Positions 1 to 14,519 of a DNA stretch of 64,000 nt are shown here, piece after piece. Below the pieces are notes generated by a model. It was given only the letters and a program-made list of their open reading frames with translations, searched no databases and was not told the origin of the DNA. Position 1 is the stretch's first letter; each line of letters begins with the position of its first letter. Origin of the DNA: Histomonas meleagridis 2922-C6/04-290x (Eukaryota; Protista; Parabasalia); assembly GCA_020184695.1 (NCBI GenBank), contig JAANOX010000061.1:558001-622000 (forward strand), read 5' to 3'. Position numbers and translations under genes: made by a program.

Positions 1-3000
1 TATAATTCTTACCTAATTTCCACTTTGTAGGGAAGAATCTTTTTACATTGAATTATATAATTTTTGTAAAAAGTTTTGCTGTATATTCGATCTAGCTCAT
101 TGCTGTTGTTTCTATTGATAATTTTCATTAATATTTCATTTATTGGAAGTCTTATCATACATAAATACATGGATGAACTTTAGAATATAAATATCTTCAT
201 AATTATTCATAATTAAAGTTCGTTTTCTATTGATCCTTAATTCAGATGCCCTTGTAGATCCTCTATTATGTAAAATTGTTCAATCTGAAGTTTTGAATTT
301 CAAATAATCTATCTTATGAAATTCGATTTTTGAGAAAGATATCATTGATTTCTCTCCATGTAACGAATTCAAAGGCAGATCCTCAGCAAGAAGCGGAACT
401 TTCCATCAACGTCCTTCTGACAGGTTCAGACCGCAAACAGGTTCAGAAGGTCCCTGCTCTGCTTAGTTGAGCTACGAAGGTTTGATTCTTCTTAATTTGA
501 TCTTACAATATAAGATGCCAATATGAGACAGATCAAATTTTAGATATCATAAAGATAGCCTCAAGGTTCTTCAAATAAAAATTGTTAACAAATATGAAAG
601 AAATCCCGAAAAATGGTTAGAAGCATAGGACCATATCTATTCATATGGTGTTAATTTTGATTTTTATCAGCATCAAACTGATTGGGTTAACGATAAATTT
701 CGAACTCAAATAATTTTACTAACAATGACATTTTCAGAAAATTCAATTCAAGTCGTTTTCAAAAATCCTTCACTTTTGCTGAAAATAGGCGAAAATAAAA
801 ATGATTGATCAATGATCAACGACTTTACTCAGGCAGGAAGCGATCGGACCATATTTCAGCATAGCGAGCATCAATTCACTTCCGATGTTGAACAGGCAAG
901 ACGGGGACGGAGAGTTTATAAAAGCCTTGAACTCAAGGTCAGATCTTACACCACATTTGATGTCTGAGCTTTCAAGTTAAAGGCATTGAAGTATATTATT
1001 CACCTAACAGACTCCAGCAGATGTTACTGCTTTAAGTTTCTGATGATGGAAGGCGATTTTTTTGTAACCTTCATAGACCACCTAGACAGTTGAGAAGATC
1101 ACCACATTGTCGTAGGTTGCCTGTTCTCTGAATAATGATTCTCTCCCAAAAACCTCCTCAGTCAGAAAAAAGATCTCATTTACCACTGAGCTTTATGTGG
1201 ATCAGGACTGTAAGGTGATGGCCAAGTAAACACATCAGAATTATGACTCTCAGCTGTAAGATGGGGGTGAAAAGGTGAGGAGCTATCTTTGGGATTAACC
1301 ATGTAAACATTTCAAAAGTATATATGTATCGATAAGTATTTTCTGATTTAAATAATTTTTACGATAATTCTTTCGGTAATAATTACCACCAACTGAAATT
1401 TAAATCCTTACAGTATTTAGGATATTTCATTTTAATTCTAAAATTTAAATTAGAATCCAGATATGGATCAATAAATTTTTCAAATGCATATTGAACGGTA
1501 AAATGTTTTGGTTAATCATTACTTATATTTTTGGTTTATAAATAACTATATGAGCTCTTCATTAAATATTTTCCAATGAACTCATTCCTTATACAAATCC
1601 TTCAATGACTTGCAAACAAATTTGATACTAAAGATTGCTGCTAAAACTGAAAAGAGATTTTGTTGTTAGCAAGCTTTAGGTTGCCGTTTATTGACATTAT
1701 AACTTTTTTCAAAATGTTGTAAGATTTAATATTGTATACTTTTAATTTTTTTTCATTAATTTTATAAATGCATTAAATGCCTGAAATACCAAGCAAATAT
1801 TTATTTAAAATAAGCTACTCATTGGTGTTATTATAATTTGCTTTTCTGATTTGAAAGTTTTTAATAAATTATTCAAAAATCATAATGTGGTGAATATTTT
1901 CCCCATAATTTTGCTGCTGCTAATTTTTTCTTTCAAAATCGAATAAGTTGATGAAATTTCTGCGATAATTGTATTCTAAACGGAATATTAAATCGTTTTT
2001 CATTGGATGAAACTAAAGAGAATGGTTTCAAAAATCTTTCACATGCAATCCATTTCAAATATTTTCAGTCAAGTCTTATATATCTTGTTCATGACTATTT
2101 TTATTGGGGACCAAATTTAATCAATCATCTGATACAATCAACTTTCTAGAGCGCGTTAACTCGAGTTTGAACGCAGCTTTGCTCAATACATCGAGACTGA
2201 ATGAATGGGGTGTTTATGATGGCTTCTAAAGGCGCTAAACGTGTTTTAATTATAATCCAAACAAATTTATGTTGGTTTATTTCACAATTTATTTCTAATA
2301 TGGAAAATTTACAAAGTTAGTTGTAAGATAAGAATATAACAGAAGAATTCAGAAAATGATCATCTGGACAACTTTAGGATGCTGTTATTTAGATATGATG
2401 ATTTTCCCAACATAACTTTGCACTTTACCATTCTAAGCTGTGTTTTAGATCAAACAGATCCCTGATACCCAATATGCAATGGGTATGGATTTATGGACAT
2501 TACAAATACATAGATCATTTTCCCGTGGTATAGTAAGAAAATTAATTCAAACCTCTCCCTGGTTTTGTTTACGTTAACGACAATTACCTGGGCTCGGATA
2601 TTATATCGTTCAAAAGATTGTCCTCGACCATTCTGGTTTTTCAGAAAAGCCATTCAATATTTAACTGACGCCTGACTAGATGTTATATCTAAATAACCTC
2701 TTACATCAACTCAATCAATCCTACACTGACCAAATCTATCGAGCAACAGTACTGAGTATCCTAACAGTGTATTTCTTCCAGCATTGTTGTTTGTTTCTAT
2801 TTTGCAGATCAACCAAGCGCGTTTTAGTCAACTTCTGTCCTTATCTTGGTCATGCTGCTGTTTATATCCCAATAGCATTATATCTTTATGACATTACTTT
2901 CGACACAGCTGTATACGATCGTGATGACATCACAACGACGCTATCGTTTATTTCAAATATTGCATGACTTTGTAACGACTCATCATCATTGATTTTCCGG

Positions 3001-3019
3001 ATGGCGTTTTATATTATCG

Positions 3020-3330
3020 GAATGAATCAAATTGATGATGCAGTGAATCTACCAAGGCAGTTAATAAATAATGGATCGATTGAAGGAATGCTAAACTTTG
3101 GACGTATATGAGCGAAGGCGATTCTGTATACAATTTATAGTATGGGACAACAGTTCCCTGTTAGACTGTCTTCAATGAAAAAGTTCTTTATTAATAGCAT
3201 TCCAAAGGCCGGGAAACGAAAACAATAGTAACGTCATCAGTTGATAGATCATCTGATGATTCGGTTTACCACCTTCTGCTACAGAAATGTTTAGTAACGA
3301 TTACCGGCTGTACTAAGTACCGCTGGAATG
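3020..3330 (+). pseudogene. Degenerate SEL1-like repeat fragment
   Basis: Hand translation gives DDAVNLPRQLINNGSIEGMLNFG, loosely like SEL1 repeats; broken by stops and shifts; boundaries approximate. Confidence 0.2.
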
Positions 3331-3779
3331 CTTCGAATTAATGTTGATGAAACCAAGAGATTTATAAACATCGCTTTATATCAAATCATTTTTAAATAAA
3401 CCTCAATTTTGACTAAAGTTATATATGAACTCATAGAAAACCCAAAATATAGTCTAACAGAGATGCAAATGAAAATATTTAAACAAATGCATTTAAGCTT
3501 TACAGCTAGTTGCCAAGATAATATCTTTTCTAGTTATCTGTATGTATTTTGTTCTGTTATATCAAACCTCGTCATATCATTGAAATTTTATAGCATTTTA
3601 TATATAAATTCAACAAGATATGAAATGTTTTATCAATGTTCCAGTATAATGAAAACAGGTTATAACGCTGACCCAACGAAAACCATTATAATTTTGATCT
3701 TGCCGGAAGCTGTTACCCTGGAAAAAGTATCGTCCTCTGAAACTCCAACGATTGGTTGTAGAACCTGAATTTAATCACC

Positions 3780-5200
3780 GATGCGGTTCTGACGCGGACT
3801 GATTTGTAATGCAGCCTTTTTTGTTCGATGACGCCTCACTGCAGAACCCGCCATCTTTCTCTATTTAAACCTTAAGTGGATGTTGTCGGCGGACGATTCC
3901 TGCAGAAATTGTTACTCGCTATACTAAACTTCTTTTGCTGAATTACAGTTAACCAAGATAAGGAAAGTATTCATCCTTAGCTGACACGCCCTGCCGTACG
4001 AATGGATCAAGCTTTATTATTATGAGACTCTCTTGCCTATGGCGTCGATGTGTGTTGGATGACCAACTCGACTGTGATTCAATTATTCAAAGACCTCAAT
4101 GAACCGCAGCAGGTGGAATCATCGTTACAGCATCACACAACCCCTCAAATGTGGTGCGGTCTTAAGTTGGTGCTCGGAATCTTTTGAATCAAAAAGGATG
4201 TGAATAATTTATTATCTAGAAAACAGATAAATATGCTCCCCACGATGGCCTTGGAAAGCTTTCTCAATGGATGAACCATTCGGTTCCATATCGACAAGAC
4301 CTCCAGAAGCTTACTCTCTCAATGTGAATAAGATTGGAGTCCAGGAATTCAAGGGTTGCTGATAGAATCAATGGTGCAGGATCACTTGCCATTCTCAAAT
4401 CATCAGTTATTTCAGGATGCAGAAACTCTTCAGGTCGATACAGAACCAGCAAGTCTTTGCTCCTTTGAACTAGTTAAGAAAACAGTGCAACTCCATGAAG
4501 CCTCTAAGGCCTTGACATTGGGATTGCTGTTGATCGGATTCAGTCGATGTGTTTAATTGATAGAAAGGTGATCCTTTAGTTGAAAACCACCCGCTGGTAG
4601 CTGTTCATGCCCATAGTTGGTGTCAAACACCAGTTTGTCTTGTCACTATCTAAGCGGTGTTGGCATCACACAATAGAATGGAGTCATTTACCCATGGGTG
4701 CAGCCATTGGTGAGTTAATGTGCCAGCTAAGATGGCGTAAATCAATGATTGGTGGTGAAATGATGACGTGTGCTTGGGCAATCCCACATTGGAAGAGATG
4801 CTCTGTGGCTATTGCTCTTGTTCTTCAGTTGTTTGCCATCTGGACGTGGATCTGTCTAATAAAGTTGAGTTAGAGGCGCTTTACCTCAATGGGGCTATCA
4901 AGATAGAAGATGGGAGCTTGACCAAGGTGTCAGACTACAAATAATTTGACAATGGAGGAAAAACATCAAAAAACAATACGGAGACCGTTAAATTAATGAA
5001 TCGATGATTTAAAAGAATTGGACTATAAGGACTGGGTGGGTCCACGTAAGGAAATCAAGCACTGAACCTGTCATGAAGTCATTGGTGAAGGACCTTACCT
5101 AGGGAGGGCTGAGTATGGTCTGTGGAAAGTATATGATGAGTTCAACAATTAATAGAGTAAAAGTCTTTAAAATTTTTTGATTAAAATGTTTCTTACTTTG
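3780..5200 (+). pseudogene. Degenerate BspA-like / leucine-rich-repeat surface protein remnant
   Basis: Higher-GC block; fragments in shifting frames such as VNKIGVQEFKGC and HLDVDLSNKVELEALYLNG resemble LRR repeats; many stops; boundaries approximate. Confidence 0.3.
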
Positions 5201-8099
5201 ATTTGTTTATATTCTGTGGCAATTGTGTTACAAGTCTCTCTGACTCTTGTTAAGTGGTGTTTGATCTCAGTCACTAATCCATCATGATAATTTTGTGCAT
5301 TAAACTATTTTAACAAAGTAATAAATGTTTTAGATAAACATTTAATTTTATCATATATCGTTTAAGATAGCTGATTGTTGTCTACCATGATTTTTTTAAT
5401 ATCAATTACATTAAAATTACTAACAATCGGAAACGATGTCTTATAGTATTTAGCATTCATTTCATACTAATTTCTTGTCTCAGCAACTAACTGTTTGGTA
5501 CTCAAATATCAACTTATTTAAACTTCAGAGCGGGACACTAAACATTAATACAATATATTATTGTAAAATATAATATCATTTATTGAATAATAATAATTGA
5601 TTCATATACAATGCAAACCGATGAACTTTCAATTTCATGTATATAAACGATCATCAAATATCTTTTATTGAATATTCTGTGGTGTAGTTAAACAAATTTT
5701 TGCTATAATCATCTTTTGAGCACATATACATATAAATATCATTTAATTGTTATGAAACAATAAGAAAATAAAAGAAAATTCAATTTGTTCATTTATCATA
5801 TTTTCAATTACAGAACATTAACATTGCATCCAAATCATTACTTTGTTTACTTGTCAATAAGGACAACGGCATGAACTGTTCCGATTTTTATTTGGACAAA
5901 ACTGTAACAATACATTTGTGTTTCTCCTTCTTTCAAATTTCAACTCATTTATTATGTTCTTCAACAATGGAAAACCCATTACTCAAACAAATCCATCAAT
6001 TGATTAAGCATTCAATTTTTATGTTCAGCAGTGACTTTCGTTCAGCTGAACTGCCTCTTGGGTGCTGATAGGGTATTGACCAAACTTTTGTTTCGTTTGA
6101 TTTGAGGCTGCATTTCAGAATGAATGCTTCGGTGGTTTCATCAACTATTTCGCCTTGAGTCATAACGACCTAGGGCCGTCTACCATAAGTGTCTGTTAGT
6201 TCGATAAAGGAATGGCAGTGGTAAAGCTTCTATGAGATATGAAATTAAAGTCAAAGTCAACTGGATCAAGTGACACCTTCAGCAGCGGTCTTTGAATCAG
6301 ATTATTGCTTGGAAGAACTGGGAGGTTTTATCTTCAAAATCATGGATAACTTAAATAAATTTATGATTTCGGATAAAATTAGGTTGTGTTTTAAAATTGG
6401 AATCTTCCACGAATAGTTTTAAAACTGTAGAAGATCCAAAAATGAATATTTAATCATTTCATTAAATCTGAGGTTTACAAGATAAACTAATTATTAATTA
6501 AGCCCTTGAGAAGTTTATGTTTCTTTGATACCCTAAATATATTCAATTGAAGAATCAGGTTCTTGCATTTCAATTTTCAGCAGTTCAACAAAAATGAACA
6601 GTTCAATCGGCTTCAAAGCGTAAAATTGAAACAGACTTACGGATTTCGGATACGCTTGTCCCTAAAACATTGGTCATCTGGCCCGGCTTCGAAGTCTGGC
6701 TTTACAATGTAGAAGATCATTCCAGATCATATGGAAATAGTGGTTAAATCAAATCTGGAATAAGATTTAAGGTTATTCAATAGTAATTTGTGTCTTCAAA
6801 AGTGATTTGCGGTGTTTCTAGTTTCCGAATCGTATTACTGGGTTTACCTGTCAAATGGTTTCAGAGTTTTGTAAATTAAATTTCATTTCAAGGAAAACCT
6901 TACAGACCACTTGCTGAGTGTTCATTCTTTGAAACAGTTGGGAGTCTTTTATTTGCTCGACCGCAATTGAGGATTAGGAAATACTTTAAGAGAAGAATAG
7001 AAGAGTCTTTACTTTGATGGGAAGGTTGGACTCTCAATCGAGATACCCAAAATCAGGGAACTCCAGATCACTACAACGATTTCGAGTTGAATTTTATAAT
7101 TGATTAAGAAGTTTGTTGTGTGAAATTTCTTCTTTGGATGATTGTATATCTTCTTAAAATTGGAGAAATACAAATTTAGGTATATTTTATGTTTCTTTAT
7201 ATTTCCTATTTTCTTTATAAAGTAAGTGAAATTTCGGATATAGCTGCCCGCAATGGATGGAGAGTTCTAAGCACTGGTTCTTTATGTGCCTGAGATTATG
7301 TCAAATGCCAGATTCGATGGAATCAACTTAGCCCAATTCCTGTTTAACAAAATCAGCTGAGACTATACTTACCATATTCATTAATGTTGTGAGGTTTTTG
7401 TTTAGAATAAACCGGAAATTATTCGGTTATTAATCATTTTGCATTTGCTTTCTATTTAAATCTGGAAATAGTATGAAAAGTTGTTCCCAATTAAAATGAA
7501 AGAGGAGCTCTTTCTTGGATATTTGGAAAAGAAGTAAAAACAAAAAGTGTTTGACTATTATTGGATGAGGAAGTATCAAGATAAAATAATAAATATATAA
7601 CTTTTATATATTTTATTGATCAAAAGAATAGAGTCAATGATTTTTTTATTAGGTTATTTATATACATATATTTATTAGTAATATATTTGAACAACTTGTG
7701 TTGTAATTTATGCTATATTTTCCACACACGAGATAAATATATTTTATTTCAATTTCATTTTACAAGTTTTCAGATATTTGGTCTCTGATTTACCCAAAGG
7801 TGACTTTATTCCTCCTTTTCAGTGATCCGTGTTTAGAGACAACAAATCACTCCATCATTCACGTCAATTTTCCTTAATTAACACCTCTATTTGTGGACAT
7901 AAGAACTTATGTTCTTTCTGAAGATATTCATCCATATTATATTAATTTTAAGATTGTGAATTGGATGCATATTAAAATATAATATATTGTTTTTTTTAAT
8001 CTATACTCAATTTTTTCTAACATACTCTGCAAATAATGACTATACTCCTTGGGTTTCTGAAATCAGAGCGACATTAATTTATTATCATTCGAAACAAAA

Positions 8100-11000
8100 T
8101 CTACTTTTATATACGAAACTTTTTGTGATGCATAATATGTTGACAATATTACAGGTCTGACTGAATGGTGCACTACTGTAGAACTGTTGTAAGGTTATTA
8201 AGAGTCCGGTAATATGTAACAACTGTTTAATGATATTATAAACTTGGTTGGGTTTAATAAATATTCTGGATATAGATTTTGTTGAAAGCTTTGTCTTTAA
8301 ATGAAAAATTTTAATTTATCAAATACAATTTATTATAAATCAGTTATTATTAATTTTTTGTTGCTTAAATGTTCTTCGACTATTTATAAATGTGTTTCGT
8401 AAATCTTTGTTTCCATGAAAATGGAGCTCAAATATTTACTAAAATGTGGTCATGAATAGAATCTGACAACAATAACTTTGCTCTTGTACTAATTTAACTA
8501 TTGTTTATTATATCTTCTTTTTGGAGTGATGCTTGAGAACTTATACCAATTTAACATTTCCTTTTCAAGTGATATCTTCAACTTAGTCAAGTTTAATTTC
8601 TGATATAATAATTTTTTTTTTATATTTTAAACAATTTCTTTCCGTTAGTCGTGTTTAATCTGTAATATTAAATTATGGTTCTTATTTTATTTTTGATTCT
8701 TAGAAATTTTTTTGATTATTTTGGTATTTATTAATGTTTTCTTTTGTTAACGCATCTGTGAGGTTTTTGTTCCAGTATTTTTAATAGTGGTTCAGATGTT
8801 TAATCATGTAGTAAGAGAATATTGGTCCTTTGATTGTCTGGTATAATTATTATAAATCTAGCATCGTAAAACTAGATAAAAGAATGGTGCTGTGTTTTTC
8901 GTGAGCTGAAATGGCATTCATTTATCGTATTTTAGATTGTTATCACTGAGCATTCCGTTATAAAATAAGGAACCTCAATTTGAATATTTTAAGAATATAT
9001 TCAACTTTTATATTAATGTTTTATTGTTTCTATTCAGTAATTATTGAATGTTTAACTATGTCCCATTGCGATTTTCTTGATTTTCTCAGATTAAGTCACT
9101 AACTGTAACCACTGATCTTTATCTTCTGGAAGCTGTTTCAAATAATTTAAATTGTTTCCAAATATTATTTTGAAATTTAAATGATTTAAATAAATATTAA
9201 TTAAAACGATAAATATTTGCAGCTGTGTATCAAACAATGCTTATTTCAAAGTGGTTGTAACCTACTTCTAACATAAGTACTTATTCGCATACATCAAGAT
9301 TTTATTTTATATATTTTCCTTATACAAAAATATAAATGAATTATCAAACCAAGTACATAAATAAGTTTAGCATTAATATCAGTTCCTTTTTGTTCGGAAA
9401 TAATTTGATAAACTTTTTGTATCCACCATTTTAGATGCTTCCATAAGTGTTATTTGAAATAATTTAAAGAAATTCCAAAATTTTATTAAAACATCCAGTT
9501 ATTGAAATAAATTCAGCAAAACAAATAAATATTTTAACATTAATATCAATTCCTTCTTGTTTTCAAGGAAATAATTTAATTGTTTTCTATTTGACCCATT
9601 TTCTGATGCCCAAATAGGGTGCTGTTCTAAATAATTAAAGGGATTCCAAAAAAATTTTATTAAACATCGGATTATTAAATAAATTTTTAAATCAAAACAA
9701 ATCATCTTTTATAACGTAATATCAATTTACTTTTTGTTTAAAAGTAGTTTAACTGTTTCTATTTGTGTATAATGATGCATGCATAGGATTGCATAGCATC
9801 AAATGATTTAAATAGACACCCAATGTATTTTGAAATCCAAATTAATGGGTTAAATGTCAAACAACACAAATAAAATATTTTTAGTTAATATGATTCCTTC
9901 TTGTTTCAAGAAATGATTATTAATATATATTGTAGCTGTTTAATATAGCTATTTCAGATAATTTAAATCAATTTCAAATATTATTTGAAAATTAAATTAT
10001 TAAAATAAAGTTCAAATAAAACAAATAAATATTTTTAACATTAATATCAATTCTTCTTGTTCAAGAGTAATTTTAATTATTTCATTTGACCATTTTACAA
10101 ATTTTCAAATACAATTATATAAAATAATTTAAATAATTTCAAATATTGTTTCAAATATTAATTTATTAAAATAATTCAAATAAAATAAATAAATATCTTT
10201 AGCATTAATATCAATTCCTTTTGTTCAGAAGTAATTGGAACTGTTCTATTCTATATTCGATACCAATATAAGTGATGTTTCAAATATTTAATAACTTCCA
10301 AATATTGTGCAAACGTGAAGACCAATAAATAAACCAAATAAAACAAACAAATATCTTTAGCATTGTATAAATCCTTCTTGTTTAAACATACTATTAATAA
10401 GTTCAACATTTCTAATTCAGATGAAAATACAATATATCATACGGAATTGAATGTTCTTTGCAAGAAATATTCTTTAAAAATGTTCAATATTTGCTGCTTC
10501 ATTAATAATATCATCGTTAGTTTCATTCATTCTTTAATTAAAAATGAGAAATATTTCCTTAATTATGATGTAAAGTACAAAGTTCCTAATTCTTCAAATT
10601 ATTAATTTTCTTTTAATATTATTATCATAAAATAATGAAGATATCATTTCGATAGGTTAGTTGCTGTTTCATAAACGCATTGGAAATCAATTGATTATTT
10701 TTGGTCCACATAAATAGGCCTGTTTCTTTCTTTCTTTACAATTGTATATTTATGTGTTTTCCTACTTTTACTTTATTCAACAAATTAAATATTTGAGAAA
10801 CATTTAGCAGTCCAAAAAGAAATAACTTACATAATCAATTAATGAAACATTTTTGGTCTAATAAATGAACATTTTCATAAAGTACAGTGGTTTAATTGTT
10901 TGTTTAAAATCAAAGTTGTTTGTGATGATATTTCTTGAGTTTCTCTCTGTTTCATCATTGAATTATTTTCCCAATTTTATTTCAGGTTCTCTTCGAGTAA

Positions 11001-12725
11001 TTGTATATAATTTCTACAATCCTTCTTTGAAAGTTCTTCATATTGTTCGTTAATTTTATCGATGAACCTATGTTTTCTTTTCAAAAATATTCTTTTGATT
11101 TATATATTTTAAATTTTTGATTATCATTTAATCATTGTTAGATTTCTTCATTGGTCCTTATATTAACTAAAATGTGAAATGCTTTGTGTTCCAAACAGTA
11201 CATTTTTGGATAATTATGTTCAACTCATTTCATTGAAAGGAAAATATGCATCTTGTGTATCCATAAAAGCAGAAACTTAGTAAATATTTCAAATGTTTTG
11301 TTTTACTAATTGTTTTGTTTTAACAAATTGTTCATTTCTTTAAAATTTAATATATCAAAAATCTTTCTGTCTTGCTATCAATGCAGAAAATATTATTTGA
11401 CTGAATATTAGAATTAAGAATGTCGGATATATCATCAAATTTTTGGATAACAGAACTTGATGTGATATTTTTTCTCAGTGTTAATTCTCAAATATTATTT
11501 TACTAATTATTAGCAGTAGTGTTCAATTTATATGGAAATCCATCATTTTCATTTCTTAGAAACTCTTTTTCCTCTAAGAAGAAGAAATGAATTAATTTGA
11601 ATAAAATGCACTTTTGAAAATAGTAAGGCTTTTTTGAATACAAATAAACCGTCAGTGAAATGAGCGGTTGCAGAAACTTCCTACTGGTTTGCATCGTATT
11701 TCGATCAAATCATTTACCATTTCTGTACATAAAAAATGAATCAGATTTACCCACAAATATGTTCCACAATATAGAGTTAATTTCATGAGATATATAAATC
11801 GTCCATAGAATATTAAGGAAAAGCAAATAATTAATATGTTAATCATTTCAATGACTAGAAGAAACAAAAGAGACTCGGCAGAAGTTTCATCGTTGTTATA
11901 GTTAAATCTGTTATAAGTAAAAATAGCTAAAGATAAGAAAAAAACAATAAAATCAAATCTAATAAATTTTTTCTATCATTAAAAATGATGAATCATATAA
12001 TTTATTATGTAAAAATGAAACACTACAGAATTTGGAAAATATCACTGTTCTTTATTGAGATATATTGGTTAAAAACTAAAAATGTCATTCAACAGTGATA
12101 CAACATAGGTGATATTGAATGGCTCATTTTTAAGTGAGCAGACGAAAAGAAAAGTTTATTTACGGATTTCTTATCTAATTTAAATCGATATCCCATATAT
12201 TTATATCTGTAGAATAAATGTGTAACGTTAATCAATTTATTATTCATTATTTTCTATTGGTTTATAAACCGATATAAATTATCTTGAGCATCTATTATGG
12301 ATTATTAAAATCTTAGATAATAAAAACATCTTCATCATTTTTATATTTATTATATGTTTCAATCATTTCTTTTAAATTTCAAGCGCAATATATGTAGTCT
12401 TTGTCAGATCAACAATTTTGATTAACAATATATTGATTCAAATCATGTAAGATATCAACATGCTTCTAGATGCACATCATGCACTGAACTTAAAAGCAAA
12501 TTGAATATCCCTCTAGATATCATAAAAATCTATGTTAAAATGAAAATCAATGGTAGTTAAATTCCCAACATAATATTATATAATCTTATAAAAGTTTCAT
12601 TAATAAAAAAGAAAAATCATTTATTAAAAAAGATGATTGCTCTTTCAGTGCTTTCCAAAAGGTTGTTTACTAATCATTTCATTCTATGTTATCTTCAGAG
12701 TCTCACCAAAGCTATTCAGGCTTGA
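8100..12725 (-). repeat. Inverted, indel-rich copy of ~50370-55260 (DUF3447-ankyrin locus, both flanking intergenic regions and the 3' end of the BEACH gene)
   Basis: Collinear reverse-complement matches read by eye, e.g. 8170 GCACTACTGTAGAACTGTTGTAAGG vs BEACH C-terminus; ~8470 GACAACAATAACTTTGC vs ~54860; ~9430 TTAGATGCTTCCATAAG vs ~53910; ~12385 GCGCAATATATGTAGTC vs ~50715; ~12710 AAAGCTATT vs ~50385. Confidence 0.85.
9050..11585 (-). pseudogene. Frameshifted copy of the DUF3447-ankyrin gene, with the same inter-repeat spacers
   Basis: ORF 11503-11694 contains EKEFLRNENDGFP, matching EKELSRNENDGFP at 51549; reverse complements of GIDINAK repeats and of both spacer types lie at 9350-10380. 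Confidence 0.8.
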
Positions 12726-14519
12726 GGAGTTTCCTTTTATGTGTTAAATAGCAAGAATACGTTTTCAAATCGTAATATCTTGACTATTTGGAATTCATTG
12801 TTTCAGTTATATCTACAAATTTTTGGCACATTAAATAAATTTTATGAATGTAGCTAATCTATATTATAACCTAATAACAACATGGAAATTCAAAATTCAT
12901 CTGGTTCTTACCTATGACGCTATATTTGATATCAATGGATATACAACCAAATGGTTTGCCTCAAACTTTCCTAACATAATATCGCATCACGGCCAGTTAC
13001 GCTGAGCAAGGAACCCGTCACTTTTCAAATACGTGATAACTCGGCATTCAAGATATTATATTGCTCGATTACGGGTTGGCGGTGGGTTCACGCATTTTAT
13101 AATTGGCTATCGATAAATAATATTGCAATTTCCTAGTTCAGTTACATCGTTAAAAGTACAGCCGTTTAGTTATTGTTCTAATTTAGGAAACAGTTATTAT
13201 CAGCGAAAATATTAAATAATTCGGATTATCTTTGATCTGTTCATCATTAAACATCATTACAATTCTCGTTCGGATTTGCTTAATTCAACTTTATGCATTT
13301 GGTTCTTGTCTGTTTAGAAACAGTTGTCTATTGGAAAATGTACATCAGTGGAGTCTTACATTTTCAAATTTTGTGTAATCTGAGATTATTGTTTACGGGC
13401 TATAGATCCGCCAACACATCTTTCAGTTCTGGAAATATTTTCTGGTGTACCAACGTACAATATGTAATGACATGTCTTTATATCAAACACGACATTTGGA
13501 CCATAATCTGCAATCTGGCTGATGAATGATATTGCTCTTTTGACCCAACTCTTCATTTACGAAATCAAACACATTTCCAAATCATTGTTTTCTGTTTCCA
13601 CATTCTCGTCAGATACATTCTAAATAATGCAACTTTCTAATACCAATGAGCTGCTGAATTAAGTTGTTCATTCAAGTACATTTCAATCATTTCATTAATT
13701 CTTCATTAACATTTATGAGTACACTTTAACATATTCATATTCTATTACACAAACAGTTGCGATACTCTGTGAAACACAAATGGAGTTCATATTCATATTT
13801 AATTCTTAATTCATCACATATGAAACAAAATTTATTTATTATGATTGCTGATGTTGTTTTTATTCAAGTTGTTAAGTTTTTATTCTTGTTTCATACAATT
13901 TTATTATCGAATGAAAATGTTGAAGAAAAATCGGAATGTATTATCATTCTTGTTTGCTCTTAAATAATCAACAGATTATTTTAATAACTAATTATTTATT
14001 CTTTTGGATGTAAATCAAACATAAGAAACATTCATAGATTAAGAAAAGAGTTCAGTTTGTAATGCTGTGAAATCAAAAGAGTTCATTCAAGTTTAACAAT
14101 GAATAACATTGAAGGGAATCAAGATTTTTTACTGAAGAAAAATTTCTCAGTCATATTTAGAGGTATTAATAAGCGAATAAAATTTATATATTTTTGAGAT
14201 AATAAAAAAAGCATAAAAAAATTAAAACGTATTATAATGTTCACTACTAAGACTATAAATGATTATAAATTCAGAAACAGGCTGTATTTATATGTTTTCA
14301 AGTGCTTTGATAGGGACAAACTCTCTAAAATGGACCTATAAGTCTGTCAAATTATTCATTCATAAACAATTGAAAAATCAAATATTTTAGTAATTTTTAT
14401 TCATATATTATATAGCTTTATGTATTAAAATAGCATTTGATCTCAATTCACAACTTATTATATTTTAAAAATCTACTAAGTTTTCCATATCTCTATAAAA
14501 GTGTCATTTTAGTGTATGT

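Noticed and set aside
2450-13963. Short ORFs of 60-120 aa in the first 14 kb as independent genes
   Set aside because: Chance open stretches within degenerate sequence; no complete domain
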